From: an uncultured Nitrososphaerales archaeon
GTDB lineage: Archaea; Thermoproteota; Nitrososphaeria; Nitrososphaerales; Nitrososphaeraceae
Assembly (NCBI GenBank): GCA_963709405.1
Contig: CAVPXM010000055.1
Span: forward strand, 32,001 to 96,000
Length of the DNA: 64,000 nt
Direction of reading: 5' to 3'
This document shows, in pieces, positions 10,820-21,706 of this stretch. The notes under the pieces were generated by a model that saw only the letters and a program-made list of their open reading frames with translations, did not search any database and had not been told where the DNA came from. Every line of letters starts with the position of its first letter. The stretch's first letter is position 1. Made by a program: the position numbers and the translations under genes.

Positions 10820-11686
10820 TTAGCTCACGATTTTCAGACTGTAATCTACAGCCTTTGCTGAATGAGTAAGATAACCAACAGAGATCGTGTCAGGTTTAGC
10901 TCTTGCGTAGTCCTTGATATTTGATAAACTAATGCCTCCCGAAATTTCTATATTAGAATTGTTTCTAATTCCCATTCTTGTAATCATATCAATTGCATCC
11001 TTTGCATCCTGCGGTTGAAAATTGTCTAACATTACAGTATCTGCTCCTTCACGAATAGCAACGATCAGATCATGCATGTTTGTTACTTCACATTCTATTT
11101 TGACTTTAGACCCACATTTCTTCTTCAATTCACGTATACAGCAAGATACTGACCCCTCGATGCGAACGTGATTGTTTTTGATTAAGACCATGTCATCGAG
11201 TCGTTGCCGGTGCATGATTCCTCCTCCGATCATAACCGCTTTCTTATCAAATATTCGCAATCCCGGACACGTTTTTCTGGTACTGCTAATCTTGGTCCGA
11301 CTGCCTGTATCTCTCACGGCTGATATCAATTTTTTGGTTTCCGTTGCAATTCCACTCATTCGCATCAATAAATTCAATGCCGTTCTTTCGCCCTTCAATA
11401 TATCCTTAGCCTGTCCCTCGATCTCCATAATCGCCTGACCTCTCTTAACCAAGGAGCCGTCCTTAACCAAGCTCCGTACGTTGCAGTTACACATATCAAA
11501 GATAACATTAGCTTCATTTATTCCACCAGCTACAATCTCATCGTGTGACTTTGCAATGATTTCAGCGCGTACATTGAGATTTCTTGATGCAAGATTATTC
11601 GTTGTTATGTCTCCAGATCCAATATCTTCGTGTAGGAAATCCGAAAGTAATTGCCGCGCTTTTAAAGAAGTATGAATGACTGTCAT
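10820..11686 (-). CDS. nadC: nicotinate-nucleotide pyrophosphorylase (carboxylating)
   Basis: EDIGSGDITT, GERTALN, STRKTCPG, HRQRLDD, MLDN, SGGI, SVGYLTHSA. Confidence 0.93.
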   Translation of the reverse strand: MTVIHTSLKARQLLSDFLHEDIGSGDITTNNLASRNLNVRAEIIAKSHDEIVAGGINEANVIFDMCNCNVRSLVKDGSLVKRGQAIMEIEGQAKDILKGERTALNLLMRMSGIATETKKLISAVRDTGSRTKISSTRKTCPGLRIFDKKAVMIGGGIMHRQRLDDMVLIKNNHVRIEGSVSCCIRELKKKCGSKVKIECEVTNMHDLIVAIREGADTVMLDNFQPQDAKDAIDMITRMGIRNNSNIEISGGISLSNIKDYARAKPDTISVGYLTHSAKAVDYSLKIVS

Positions 11687-11694
11687 CTAACTAC

Positions 11695-11883
11695 TTATGC
11701 AACTTTCTGAGCGTACTTATGCGCTACAGTAATATTCAAAGTTGCAGCAATTTTAGAATTTAATGGTTGAAATACCAAAATGATGCCGGACCAGTCAGGA
11801 GAGAGCTCGGTAGACTTACAAACAGAACAGATCTTCCCATATGTGATTGCTTTGCATTTCTTACAAGCCAACTCTTTAGGCAC
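11695..11883 (-). CDS. spt4: transcription elongation factor Spt4 (RpoE'')
   Basis: CKKC...CSVC zinc ribbon and DWSG motif; directly downstream of rpoE'. Confidence 0.9.
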   Translation of the reverse strand: MPKELACKKCKAITYGKICSVCKSTELSPDWSGIILVFQPLNSKIAATLNITVAHKYAQKVA

Positions 11884-12487
11884 TTACTTAGAACCTCCAC
11901 TTTTTTTCTCCTTGGCCGAAGGCGCAGCTTGAGCCTGTCTTGATTTCATTACTTCCTGTTCGATCCATTCATTTGAGCCTAAGAACGGCTGTCTGCATGT
12001 TATTCCAATTTTGCCCATTCCGCTCGCCTTTTCCAAGACTAATTGCAGTTACTCTAGCCCTAATTTTCGAACCAATTTTCAACGATTTTGCGGTCTGATT
12101 AGCGATTATAATTCCTTGCTTAACGTCGCTCTTTAGATAGTCGTCTGTAATTTGTGACAAATGTAAAAGAGCATCCGTAGGGCCAACTCTAACAAAGGCG
12201 CCAAAATCAGTAATTTCAACGATTTCTCCCTCTACAACCTCCTGCAATTTAGGATAAAAGGTAAGGGCCTTAAATTGCACTTTATGGTAAGTTGAGCCGT
12301 CACCAGCCACTAACTTCCCCACAGAATTTGCTGAAGCATCAACAATCATGATCACGTATCCTAATTCTGGACTAATCATACTCTCGTATTTCTCTTTTAA
12401 TATAGTAATGGCAGTATTCTTTAAGGAACTTGTTAATCTGTTAGGAGGAATTCTAACAACATCATTCATATGGATTATGAGAAACAT
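11884..12487 (-). CDS. rpoE1: DNA-directed RNA polymerase subunit E' (Rpo7), frameshift near 12020
   Basis: DVVRIPP, GDGSTYH, EVVEGEIVEITDFGAFVRVGPTDALLHLSQI; the true C-terminus MGKIGITCRQPFLGSNEWIEQEV...GGSK* is in another frame, ending at 11884. Confidence 0.9.
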
Positions 12488-12573
12488 CTGTAAGAACTGT
12501 CAACAAATATCAATTTATTAACCTTTGGCCATCAATGAAATATGTGCTCACACTCGGTTACATAATATAGTAT

Positions 12574-13122
12574 CTAATATAGAACTTCAAGTTTTATCGA
12601 TGCGTCTGTCAATTCAAAGATAGATTCCTTTCCGATAGTACTTTTGACCATAGATCGAAAAAAGCTTTCAAAAAATTTGGAGCCTTTTTTACCAAGCCTA
12701 TGTCTTACTACGATAGTTCTGGATTTTGGTTGATTAACTTCGTCATAGGTACCAAGGTGACCATAGCGACACATTATCTTTTCAACATATTCAAATACGT
12801 TCTCCTCGTTTAACTCCTTTTTCCAAAATACAATGGTGTCCTTGGGTACGGATCCCCCTAACTTGTTTCCTAATTCTAATATAGTATTTTCGTCTAACGA
12901 ATCAATAAGTGTAGTCAATAACTCTCTGTTGATGACTACCATATCTATCTTAGATAGGAATCTACCGAATTCCGCAAATCTTCTTAATATGATCCCTACA
13001 ACTGAATTTACTGAAACACCCATCCGCTCAGCCTCCTCATCTAAAATTCTAGAAAGCTCCAAATCAAATCTAAACGACCTGGTAATTGTATCTGACCTAG
13101 CATCTGGGGCTTTAGGAGACAA
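12574..13122 (-). CDS. thaumarchaeal ribbon-helix-helix-domain protein (putative regulator)
   Basis: TITRSFRFD...LDEEAERMGVSVNSVV N-terminal RHH plus a C-terminal RHRLGKKGS.FF motif; probable TTG start at 13122. Confidence 0.7.
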   Translation of the reverse strand: MSPKAPDARSDTITRSFRFDLELSRILDEEAERMGVSVNSVVGIILRRFAEFGRFLSKIDMVVINRELLTTLIDSLDENTILELGNKLGGSVPKDTIVFWKKELNEENVFEYVEKIMCRYGHLGTYDEVNQPKSRTIVVRHRLGKKGSKFFESFFRSMVKSTIGKESIFELTDASIKLEVLY

Positions 13123-13395
13123 TGCACTAATTAGATACGCTTTCAATGAGCTTGATAATAAACTAAATGGTGAAATAGGGTAAAAATCCACTGAAGCAAG
13201 TGTGCCCGATTAGTCAGTATTGTAATTTCATATACAGAAGAAATATAGGTCGGTAGGGATACTATATAATAATTTGTGCTAACACAAAATACCATCTGGT
13301 TCAAAATGATAAAAAGTCAGGCATCATTTCCGCACGAATCATATCTCAAATCTGCACAATTTAAATACTGCTAAGCCGAACTTTTGATAGATAAG

Positions 13396-14505
13396 ATGGT
13401 TCACGTGGATCAAGTTATGTCGACATTGAGAAAAGTTGTTGATCCTGAGCTTCACAGGGATATCGTCTCCATGGGAATGATTAAAGATCTGTCAATTCAA
13501 GGTGAAAAAGTAGCTTTTACTCTAGAGTTAACCACGCCAGCTTGTCCGTTTAATGGTGAAATTGAGCAAGATGTTCGTAGCCGTATGACTGAATTAGGGA
13601 TAAGAGACTTGGAACTTCGAGTCACAGCAAGAGTAACAGAAGGTAGAACTATCTCTATGGATGAACTATTGCCGGGAGTCAAAAACATCATCGCTGTTGC
13701 AAGTGGTAAGGGAGGAGTAGGTAAGACGACTGTCGCCGTAAATTTGGGCGTCGCTCTCTCTAAAGCAGGGGCTAAGGTAGGACTCTTGGATGCCGACATT
13801 TACGGTCCCAGCATTCCTCTATTCATGGGGATTAAGGAATCGCCGGTCGTCGTGGACGGAAAGATTCAACCTGTCATGACTTATGGCGTGAAGGTGATCT
13901 CAATGGGGTTTTTCTATGAACAGTCCCAGCAGGCCGGTATTTATAGGGGGCCTATCGTTTCAGGTATCGTTAAACAGTTCATCACTGATGTGAATTGGGG
14001 CGAATTGGATTATTTGATAATTGATCTGCCTCCGGGTACTGGCGATGCTCCATTAACTATGGCGCAGACTATCCCAATTACAGGAATATTGATCGTTACG
14101 ACCCCTCAAGACGTTGCTATGAATGTTGCGACAAAGGCTATTGGAATGTTCAACAAATTAAACATCCCAATTATTGGAGTCGTTGAGAATATGAGCTACT
14201 TGCAATGCCCAAACTGCAAGGAGCAAATCAATGTTTTTGGAATTGGCGGAGGTAAAAAGATAAGCGAAAAATTCGGGATATCTTTTATAGGCACTATTCC
14301 GCTCAATCCAGAGATTATGATTAACAGTGATACTGGCAAACCTATTCCTATGATAAATCCTGAATCAGATCAGGCACAAATTTTCGATAGGATTGCGCGA
14401 CAAATGGCTGGCAGAATAAGTGTAATTGCAAATGAACTGAAATCTCAACAAGAGACAGAAACAACTGGACCAGTTTCTGCGACCACTTCAGGCAGTACGC
14501 AGTAA
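13396..14505 (+). CDS. mrp: Mrp/NBP35 Fe-S cluster carrier ATPase with an N-terminal DUF59 domain
   Basis: VVDPELHRDIVSMG, LTTPACP, SGKGGVGKTT, DADIYGPS, DLPPGTGD, ENMS..CPNC. Confidence 0.92.
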   Translation: MVHVDQVMSTLRKVVDPELHRDIVSMGMIKDLSIQGEKVAFTLELTTPACPFNGEIEQDVRSRMTELGIRDLELRVTARVTEGRTISMDELLPGVKNIIAVASGKGGVGKTTVAVNLGVALSKAGAKVGLLDADIYGPSIPLFMGIKESPVVVDGKIQPVMTYGVKVISMGFFYEQSQQAGIYRGPIVSGIVKQFITDVNWGELDYLIIDLPPGTGDAPLTMAQTIPITGILIVTTPQDVAMNVATKAIGMFNKLNIPIIGVVENMSYLQCPNCKEQINVFGIGGGKKISEKFGISFIGTIPLNPEIMINSDTGKPIPMINPESDQAQIFDRIARQMAGRISVIANELKSQQETETTGPVSATTSGSTQ

Positions 14506-14509
14506 ATTT

Positions 14510-15049
14510 ATGCGTCTTTCAGAATCTGAGAAGCAAGCTCTGAAGAAGCCATTTGGCAAACTTGTACCCCGAGGAAAAATAACAAAAGAGAAAATTATTA
14601 ATTTTATAGGAAATTGTAAAATAGTAGCTTCGGTAGGCGATGAAACAACAAGCTTATTGGTGAGATTTGGGATCATTCCAACAATATCCGTTACGGACGG
14701 CAAAACTATGCGCAGAACGATAAAGATTTCGGAAAATCGAAAATATCAGTCTTTAATTAAATATCTAAAAGATGAAAAAATTACTGAATTCAGATGTAAG
14801 AATCCTACCGGTACGGTATCAATTGATGCATATTGGATCGTTATTAGATCCATTCAGATGGGCACTCGTGTTAAAATAATAATCGACGGAGAAGAAGACT
14901 TGTTGGCAATTCCTCTATTCGCCTTTCTACCTAAAAATTCAATTCTTGCATATGGTCAACCGAATGAGGGAGTGGTTTTGACTAGAATAAGTTCAGTCAT
15001 CAAGTCTATGGCCAAAGATTTATTGAGTCGATATGATTTAATTATTTGA
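14510..15049 (+). CDS. GTP-dependent dephospho-CoA kinase (DUF359)
   Basis: LKKPFG, SVGDETT, DGKTMR, NPTGTV, IDGEEDLL, YGQPNEG. Confidence 0.85.
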   Translation: MRLSESEKQALKKPFGKLVPRGKITKEKIINFIGNCKIVASVGDETTSLLVRFGIIPTISVTDGKTMRRTIKISENRKYQSLIKYLKDEKITEFRCKNPTGTVSIDAYWIVIRSIQMGTRVKIIIDGEEDLLAIPLFAFLPKNSILAYGQPNEGVVLTRISSVIKSMAKDLLSRYDLII

Positions 15050-15330
15050 TAGTGGGGATGATGATACGGTGGCTAGATGATCGTTGTGAAAATTGTGATT
15101 AATCGTCAACATTTCTGATCCCATACTCATTGTTTGGTATAGTGATTGGTAAAGCAGAACTAGACATTAAGATTGGCATTATATAAGTCCGCTGCTCAAC
15201 GTGCACCAAGATTAGCCACTGTTGGCATATTCTAATGGGTTACTAGAGATATTTTTGTTTAGAGTGTTTGGTTTTACAATTTTTGTTTATTAGCACGTAC
15301 CGGATACAAAGAAATCCAGAGGCGCACCAC

Positions 15331-15474
15331 TTACTGTGGATGGCAATCACAATTGCATTTTTTCATCAAGACATCAAAGGAACAATCATGGGTGAATCCG
15401 CTTCTGTCATCTACTGGCCATTCTCGAGGACATTCAGAATGTCTGCCTCGTTTACAAAAAAAAGTTAAGTTCAA
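15331..15474 (-). CDS. putative 47-aa Cys/His-rich metal-binding microprotein (not in ORF track)
   Basis: Hand translation from TTG: MNLTFFCKRGRHSECPREWPVDDRSGFTHDCSFDVLMKKCNCDCHPQ*; C-x4-H-x2-C...C-x-C-x-C-H. Confidence 0.65.
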   Translation of the reverse strand: MNLTFFCKRGRHSECPREWPVDDRSGFTHDCSFDVLMKKCNCDCHPQ

Positions 15475-15535
15475 TTCCCAAACTAGTATCCATTTGGATC
15501 TATAAATTCTTTTAAATATGGATATTCATGAGATG

Positions 15536-15823
15536 TCATATATTGATATTAAAGAGCTGCGGAGCATATATCGAACCGTCTCTTACGTGCTTAACCTTGG
15601 CAACAGAGAGGTAATGTGGCCAGATTGTTACCAGTATGCTGCCTTCAGGAACGCCTTCAGGAACCTCAATTACTTGAATATCATCGTAATCAATACCGTA
15701 TTCGTGTAGCTTTTCTTTACTTGACGCAACTATCTCCTGAGAAAGACCACTATTATAAACATATACTTTTCCTGAATATTCGATGTGATCAACCAATCTG
15801 TGTATTGTCGGCATAATGAACAC
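15536..15823 (-). CDS. hypothetical protein, about 92-95 aa
   Basis: Protein-like composition, clean ORF, same strand as its neighbours. Confidence 0.6.
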   Translation of the reverse strand: MFIMPTIHRLVDHIEYSGKVYVYNSGLSQEIVASSKEKLHEYGIDYDDIQVIEVPEGVPEGSILVTIWPHYLSVAKVKHVRDGSIYAPQLFNINI

Positions 15824-16182
15824 TAAAAATGTACCGATTCTAATTATTACTATCTCTTCGAATTGTAATCATGCGTATGAACTGTGATAGTGTGTATGTC
15901 TATATAATTGGTCCTAAAGCGCGTTGAATTACAGGAGTAATTTAAAGACTATGATATCTACACATCCAAAATAGTTGTACTATTTTTCGTGTCAATATGG
16001 TCCATTTGATTGTTACAGAAAATAGAGGTCGACTTCACCCCTAGTGTAGCTAACTTCAGTTGCGACTGTGCATAAGCATTCAATTTTCCCAATTGCAGTT
16101 GTAATTCGTAAGTTATGATTCTGATTGGCCGTAGATGCCGTTTCCTAAATCTCTTCCTTCAATTCAACAGGTGAAGAATATA

Positions 16183-16386
16183 CTAATGTCCTTCAATGGA
16201 CTTTTTGTGATATTTCTTCAGATCCCAAAATCCCAAGACCAGAAAGGCAATACCGAATGCGAGAATGAGGTAATCTCCAGGCAGGATTAATTTCCAAACG
16301 CTGTTCACTGACGCTGCAGAGATGAACAGCAGGGCAAGAAAGATTAAAGCAATGCCGGTTATTACTTCGCCATTTATTTTCGTCAT
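16183..16386 (-). CDS. small two-TM membrane protein
   Basis: Two hydrophobic helices separated by WKLILPGDY; basic C-terminal tail. Confidence 0.65.
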   Translation of the reverse strand: MTKINGEVITGIALIFLALLFISAASVNSVWKLILPGDYLILAFGIAFLVLGFWDLKKYHKKSIEGH

Positions 16387-17030
16387 AGCCGATTATTTAG
16401 TTCATTCCTGGCGTAAATAAGTTTGCATACTTGATAAGAGAATCTTCCATTTTCTATTGTCACTTATCATCGAAGTGATAGGAGACGAGCACGACAATTT
16501 TGGTGTATAGCTCAGGCAAAAACACAAGGTATCAATCGACTCGTAGATAGAAAAATTCGTTTTTAGGGTGTCAGCAATGCTATGCTTTTCATAATTTGAT
16601 GACCACGTTAAGTGTTCTGTCCTCCATTCCACTTCTAGGCCATTAATCTATTACTTCAGGATGAAAGTAGATACCTTTTTTCCACGAACTAACCGTGCCA
16701 AGATCCTACTCTATACGTCCCTTCTAGTATGTATTCACCGACTGACGATATCCTTGCAGTCACAATGCAGCGAATGAACCATAATGAAGTGCTGTTCGAT
16801 GAAAAGGACCTGCTATCCTCATCGAAATATTTAAGTGGAGCCTAGAAGTTGCATTCGGTAAAATGCGGCGTAGCGGCAACTCGTAATGTAAGTCTATTTT
16901 TGGGGATGAGTGCTTAGGAATGGCGTGTAATTCTTGTTCATCCAATTGGCCACCTCGCTGTTATATTTCAGCACCTAGTGGGCTACTTTGAGAGTTAGAT
17001 CAGCCTAAGATGATCTACCATAAATATTTC

Positions 17031-18059
17031 TCACTCAAATAGACTTGCCGAAACAAGGCTGGTGAACTCACTTGTGGACAGCATCCCGCCCACGTCTTTA
17101 GTTTTTTTATTGGCGATAAACAGCCGAACAATCGCATTTTCTATTAATTGACCAGCAGTACGCGTTTCTTTGTCATCAAACTTTTCTGAGAGCCATTCTA
17201 ACATCAATTTTGTAGAGAGTAAAATAGAAGACGGATTTGCGATATTTTTTCCAGCAATATCAAAAGCAGCTCCGTGGACCGGTTCAAAGAGTCCAAACCT
17301 ACTCCCAATATTTGCTGCAGGACCCATCCCTAAGCCTCCTACTAATTGTGCTGCTTCATCAGACAAAATGTCCCCATATAGATTAGTTGTTAAAACTATA
17401 TCGTGTGAAGCTGGATTTCTTATTAGTTCCATTGCGAATGCATCTACGTATGATTCACAATACTCTATGTCTGGATATTTAGTGGCAACAGTTCTACATG
17501 CACTCAAAAACAAGCCGTCGGTTTTACGCATAACATTAGCCTTATGTACTGCAACAACCTTCTTACTTTTGGCTCTAAATCGACAAAGTCTAAATGCATA
17601 GTCTGCAATTCTAAGAGACGCTTTCTCTGTGATCAGTCTAATCGCTATAGCAGTCTTTTCATCTGTGTAGAATTCCCACCCAAGATACAGATCTTCTGTG
17701 TTCTCTCTTACAGTAATGAGATCAATTTCATGAGAATAACAATCAATATTTGGGTAAGCCTTAGCCGGTCTGATATTTGCGTAAAGATCCAAAGCCCTCC
17801 TTAAAACAACTATAACATCTGCAGCAGACTCACCAACTGGACCCTTCAGACTGGCGTCAGCACTACTAATGGTCCGAAATGTTGAATCTGGAAGTGGCAT
17901 TCCAAGTCTTTCTTTTGCAATATCCCCTGCCTCGCATTCTGTCAAGGTGAACTTTACATTGGAATGATCATTGATAGTCTCAAGGACTGTCGTTGCAGAA
18001 TCTATCAGCTCTGGCCCTATACCATCTCCTTTAATAAGCGCGATTTTATATCTAGTCAG
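17031..18059 (-). CDS. leuB: 3-isopropylmalate/isocitrate dehydrogenase family protein, probably LeuB; apparent CTG start
   Basis: The frame extends upstream of the called ORF to include IALIKGDGIGPEL; also RENTEDLY, HKANV, NLYGDILSD, FEPVHGAAFDIAGKNIANP; next to ilvBH. Confidence 0.85.
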   Translation of the reverse strand: MTRYKIALIKGDGIGPELIDSATTVLETINDHSNVKFTLTECEAGDIAKERLGMPLPDSTFRTISSADASLKGPVGESAADVIVVLRRALDLYANIRPAKAYPNIDCYSHEIDLITVRENTEDLYLGWEFYTDEKTAIAIRLITEKASLRIADYAFRLCRFRAKSKKVVAVHKANVMRKTDGLFLSACRTVATKYPDIEYCESYVDAFAMELIRNPASHDIVLTTNLYGDILSDEAAQLVGGLGMGPAANIGSRFGLFEPVHGAAFDIAGKNIANPSSILLSTKLMLEWLSEKFDDKETRTAGQLIENAIVRLFIANKKTKDVGGMLSTSEFTSLVSASLFE

Positions 18060-18403
18060 ATTACAAACTCACATGCTCCAATGAAACGAACCTCTCAAAA
18101 AATCTTACGAAGCGCTCCCAGTTTGCACTGCTATGTTTAATTCACTATTAGGAAATCTTTTTTCTGATTCGATCTACCAATACTTCAACCCACGTGTTGA
18201 TTTATATGCGAGGTGTGACGGTTCTCGTCACAAGCAGTACGAGTTTTCTCAAATGCAGATCGAAGATATTCTATACATACTCAACTTCAACTTGTCTTTT
18301 AGTTAGAATTTATTATTCATACTGCTGCTCCGAGAAGGTATCGTGTCACTCGTTTAGATCACAATGCAGACCTAATATCTATCAATGATATATAAATGGT
18401 CAT

Positions 18404-18937
18404 TCAGCTGCCCCTAGGTAAGGCGGATACGCCAGTCCTAGCAAGCTGCGTAATTCCGTAATGACTTACTAAATTCTTAAACGCATCGATTTTATCTGGG
18501 GTTCCTATGATTTCGACTATTATATTCTCCTTTCCAATATCCAAGATGTTAGCTCTAAAGATAGCTGCATAGTTTATTATTTCCATCCTTATTGCTGGCT
18601 CTATGGCCTTCATCTTTATCAAAGCGAGTTCACGATAAACTGTCCTATCTTTGTCAAGAATCGTTACATCTACTACATCAATTAATTTTCTCAGCTGTTT
18701 GACGAGCTGATCCACTGTTCTCTCATCACTCTTGGTCGTGATGGTCATTCTTGATAGATCAGGCCTTTCGGTAGCCCCAACAGTGATACTCTCAATATTG
18801 AAATTGCGTGCTCGAAACAAGTTTGTGATCCTAAATAGTACACCTGGTTTATTTTCTACAAGTGAAGATAGAATGTAGAGTGGATTAGCCTTCTCAGGTG
18901 AATCGATTTCATTGCTTTTTGTCATAAAATTACGCAC
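18404..18937 (-). CDS. ilvH: acetolactate synthase regulatory (small) subunit
   Basis: LVENKPGVL ACT domain, FNIESITVG, RELALIK, ARTGVSALPRG. Confidence 0.93.
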   Translation of the reverse strand: MRNFMTKSNEIDSPEKANPLYILSSLVENKPGVLFRITNLFRARNFNIESITVGATERPDLSRMTITTKSDERTVDQLVKQLRKLIDVVDVTILDKDRTVYRELALIKMKAIEPAIRMEIINYAAIFRANILDIGKENIIVEIIGTPDKIDAFKNLVSHYGITQLARTGVSALPRGS

Positions 18938-20618
18938 CGGTTATCATATCTTTCAGGCTGGTTCCAGGTGCTACAAACGGATAGACATCTTCCTCAGGAT
19001 CTATAGTAATATCAATAACGGTAGCGACCTCGTTCTTCAATCCCGTCCTAATAGCTCTGTCAAGCTCTTGTATGGACTGAGCCTTTATTCCTTCAGCACC
19101 ATATGCTTCAGCAATTTTTGAGTAGTCAGGAATGCCATTTTGGTGTACTCCCATATATCTTCGATTATAGAAAGTTCTTTGCCACTGAGCTACCATTCCT
19201 AACATGTAATTATTCATCAAAAAGACAATTACTGGCAAATTATCCAGTACTGATACTGCTAATGAATTTTCAGTCATATTGAATGAACCATCACCAGCAA
19301 TGTCGACAACCGGCACTGATGGCCTGGCGGCCTTTGCTCCTATAGAGGCCGGAAATCCAAACCCCATTGTACCGAGCCCAGTTGAGCTGAAAAATGTGCC
19401 TGGTGAAGTTACATCGAAATGCAAAGATGCCCACATTTGACACTGGCCCACCTCCGTTGTCGTTATTGCCTCATTGGGTAATATCTCTCTTAGTTTCTTC
19501 AAGGCCTTCTTAGCAGTCAAATCTCTCGGATAATCTTTGATACTTTCCGAAAAATAATCGATCAATTCTTTTCTTCTTTTGAGCCATGGATTATCTTTTT
19601 CTTTCTTAATGACTTTCTTGGAAATCATTTTTACAAGGGCCTTGAGTGATGCCCTTACGTCACCGATTACTGCTACGTCCACCAATTTGTTCTTGCCTAT
19701 TTCAGCTGGATCTATATCCATGTGAATTATGTTCATGCCCTTACCGAATTCATCGAATCTACCCACAGATCTATCTGAAAATCTAGCTCCTACAGCTAAA
19801 ATGCAATCTGCTTCAACGATAATCTTGTTGGCCTCAGCGTGTCCGTGCATGCCAATCGGACCCATTGCTAATGGATGATTCTCTGGAAAAGCTCCTTTGC
19901 CCTTAAAGGTTGTTACCACAGGAATCAAAAGCAATTCCGCTAATGCTTGTAATTCTGAAAAGGCTCCTGATAATATTACCCCACCTCCTGCCATAATTAT
20001 CGGTCTCTCAGAATTCATTAAAAGCTCCACAGTCTTTCCTAAATGAGATAGGTCCGCCTCAAAGACTGGGTTGTATCCTCTCACCTTAACAAGGTCTGGA
20101 AAGGGTATATCACCACTAGCTTGTTGTACATCCTTCGGAACGTCTATGAGGACTGGACCAGGTCTTCCACTTTCTGAAATGTAAATGGCCTTCTTGACAG
20201 TCTCCGGTATTTCGACAGGAGTGCGGGGTTGAAATGCATACTTTGTGCACGGATTCGCGACACCTATGATGTCTGTTTCTTGGAAAGAATCTTTTCCAAT
20301 CATTGCCAACGCAACTTGACCCGTGACGGCTAACACAGGTGATGAGTCAGCATAAGCAGTAGCTATACCAGTTATCAAGTTCGTCGCACCTGGTCCAGAT
20401 GTAGCAAAGCACACCCCGACCTTCCTCTTGATCCTAGCATACCCATCGGCCATATGAGCAGCTGATTGTTCATGACGGACCAGTATGTGACGTAATCTCG
20501 AATCTACCAGTGCGTCATAGATCGGCAGGTTCGCGCCACCTGGAAGCCCAAAGACGATTTCTACTCCGTCTTTTTCTAATGCAGCAAGTAGAGCCTGCGC
20601 ACCATTCATTTCGACCAT
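18930..20618 (-). CDS. ilvB: acetolactate synthase large subunit
   Basis: FGLPGGA, RHEQSAAHMADGYAR, TSGPGATN, GLGTMGFGFP, TPP-binding GDGSFNM..NN. Confidence 0.95.
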   Translation of the reverse strand: MVEMNGAQALLAALEKDGVEIVFGLPGGANLPIYDALVDSRLRHILVRHEQSAAHMADGYARIKRKVGVCFATSGPGATNLITGIATAYADSSPVLAVTGQVALAMIGKDSFQETDIIGVANPCTKYAFQPRTPVEIPETVKKAIYISESGRPGPVLIDVPKDVQQASGDIPFPDLVKVRGYNPVFEADLSHLGKTVELLMNSERPIIMAGGGVILSGAFSELQALAELLLIPVVTTFKGKGAFPENHPLAMGPIGMHGHAEANKIIVEADCILAVGARFSDRSVGRFDEFGKGMNIIHMDIDPAEIGKNKLVDVAVIGDVRASLKALVKMISKKVIKKEKDNPWLKRRKELIDYFSESIKDYPRDLTAKKALKKLREILPNEAITTTEVGQCQMWASLHFDVTSPGTFFSSTGLGTMGFGFPASIGAKAARPSVPVVDIAGDGSFNMTENSLAVSVLDNLPVIVFLMNNYMLGMVAQWQRTFYNRRYMGVHQNGIPDYSKIAEAYGAEGIKAQSIQELDRAIRTGLKNEVATVIDITIDPEEDVYPFVAPGTSLKDMITGA

Positions 20619-20834
20619 TCACATGCAACCCCTTTAAGAACAAACAATCAATTACTCATTCCGGCAACCAGCTACTGCTCAGTACGAGCCCAGATAAGTG
20701 TTTGATTTAAAATTATTACTCTCCAATGTATGAAAAATTAAACAGAATAGATTAATCTTGGTGGTCATTTTTAATACCACTGATGTCTATTATAATTAAT
20801 AAATATTGTGTCGCCGTCAACAGATGTTTTTTAC

Positions 20835-21638
20835 TCAAACATTAATTTTGGTTGAGTTCTGTTTTTGCTCATTAAAGAAATTATATGCCTCGTCAGCAGA
20901 ATAATTGTTGTGTATTATTGATCTAACTGCCTTAGTCATTGGGACTGGATAGTCGGACTGCCAAATATTTCGTCCCATATCAACACCAGCTGCCCCGTCA
21001 CGAATCGCATTAGTAGCTAGATTCAATGCGTCTCTCTCTGACAACTTCTTTCCGCCAGCAATAATAACTGGAACCGGACAACCTGCAACAACATTCTGAA
21101 AGTTATCACAGTAATATGTCTTCACGATGTGAGCTCCTAATTCGGCAGCCACTCTACATGCCAGACTTAGATATCTTGCATCTCTTACCATTTCCTTCCC
21201 GACAGCAGTTACCGCTAGGATCGGGATCCCGTATTTTTCACCTTGGTCTACAAGTTTGGCCAAGTTTGAAAGGGTTTGATGCTCGTACTTACTACCAACA
21301 AAGATTGATAACGCTAAGCAAGAGGCATTCAGTCGAATTGCCTCTTCTATTGAAGTCGTAATGTCTTCGTTGGACAAGTCTTCACCAATAATAGATGAGC
21401 CACCAGAAACTCTTAACACAATTGGCACATTAAGTGTTGGATTTACTGACGTCCTAAGTATGCCTCTAGTTAGCATGAGAGAGTCTATGAATTCTATGAG
21501 TGGTCCGATAGTAGTCGAAGGCACTTCAAGCTTATCGGTAGGCCCTAAGAAATATCCATGATCAACTGCCAACATCAAACATCTACAATCATCTGGTCTT
21601 ATAATCTTGGATAGTCGGTTTCGCATTCCCCAATCCAT
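20835..21638 (-). CDS. lsrF: LsrF-type thiolase (class I aldolase/DhnA family)
   Basis: MDWGMRNRLS, MLAVDHGYFLGPT, AELGAHIVKTYY, IAGGKK, GVDMGRNIWQS. Confidence 0.85.
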   Translation of the reverse strand: MDWGMRNRLSKIIRPDDCRCLMLAVDHGYFLGPTDKLEVPSTTIGPLIEFIDSLMLTRGILRTSVNPTLNVPIVLRVSGGSSIIGEDLSNEDITTSIEEAIRLNASCLALSIFVGSKYEHQTLSNLAKLVDQGEKYGIPILAVTAVGKEMVRDARYLSLACRVAAELGAHIVKTYYCDNFQNVVAGCPVPVIIAGGKKLSERDALNLATNAIRDGAAGVDMGRNIWQSDYPVPMTKAVRSIIHNNYSADEAYNFFNEQKQNSTKINV

Positions 21639-21706
21639 ATATCTTCTTCCTCTCTAATCGATTAGTATATTTAAATTTTGAAAGGAGGTTTCCTATCTTG
21701 TGCTAT

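Noticed and set aside
16402-16945. Track ORFs 16402-16632 and 16760-16945
   Set aside because: Composition is not protein-like and there are no motifs; probably intergenic or heavily degraded DNA
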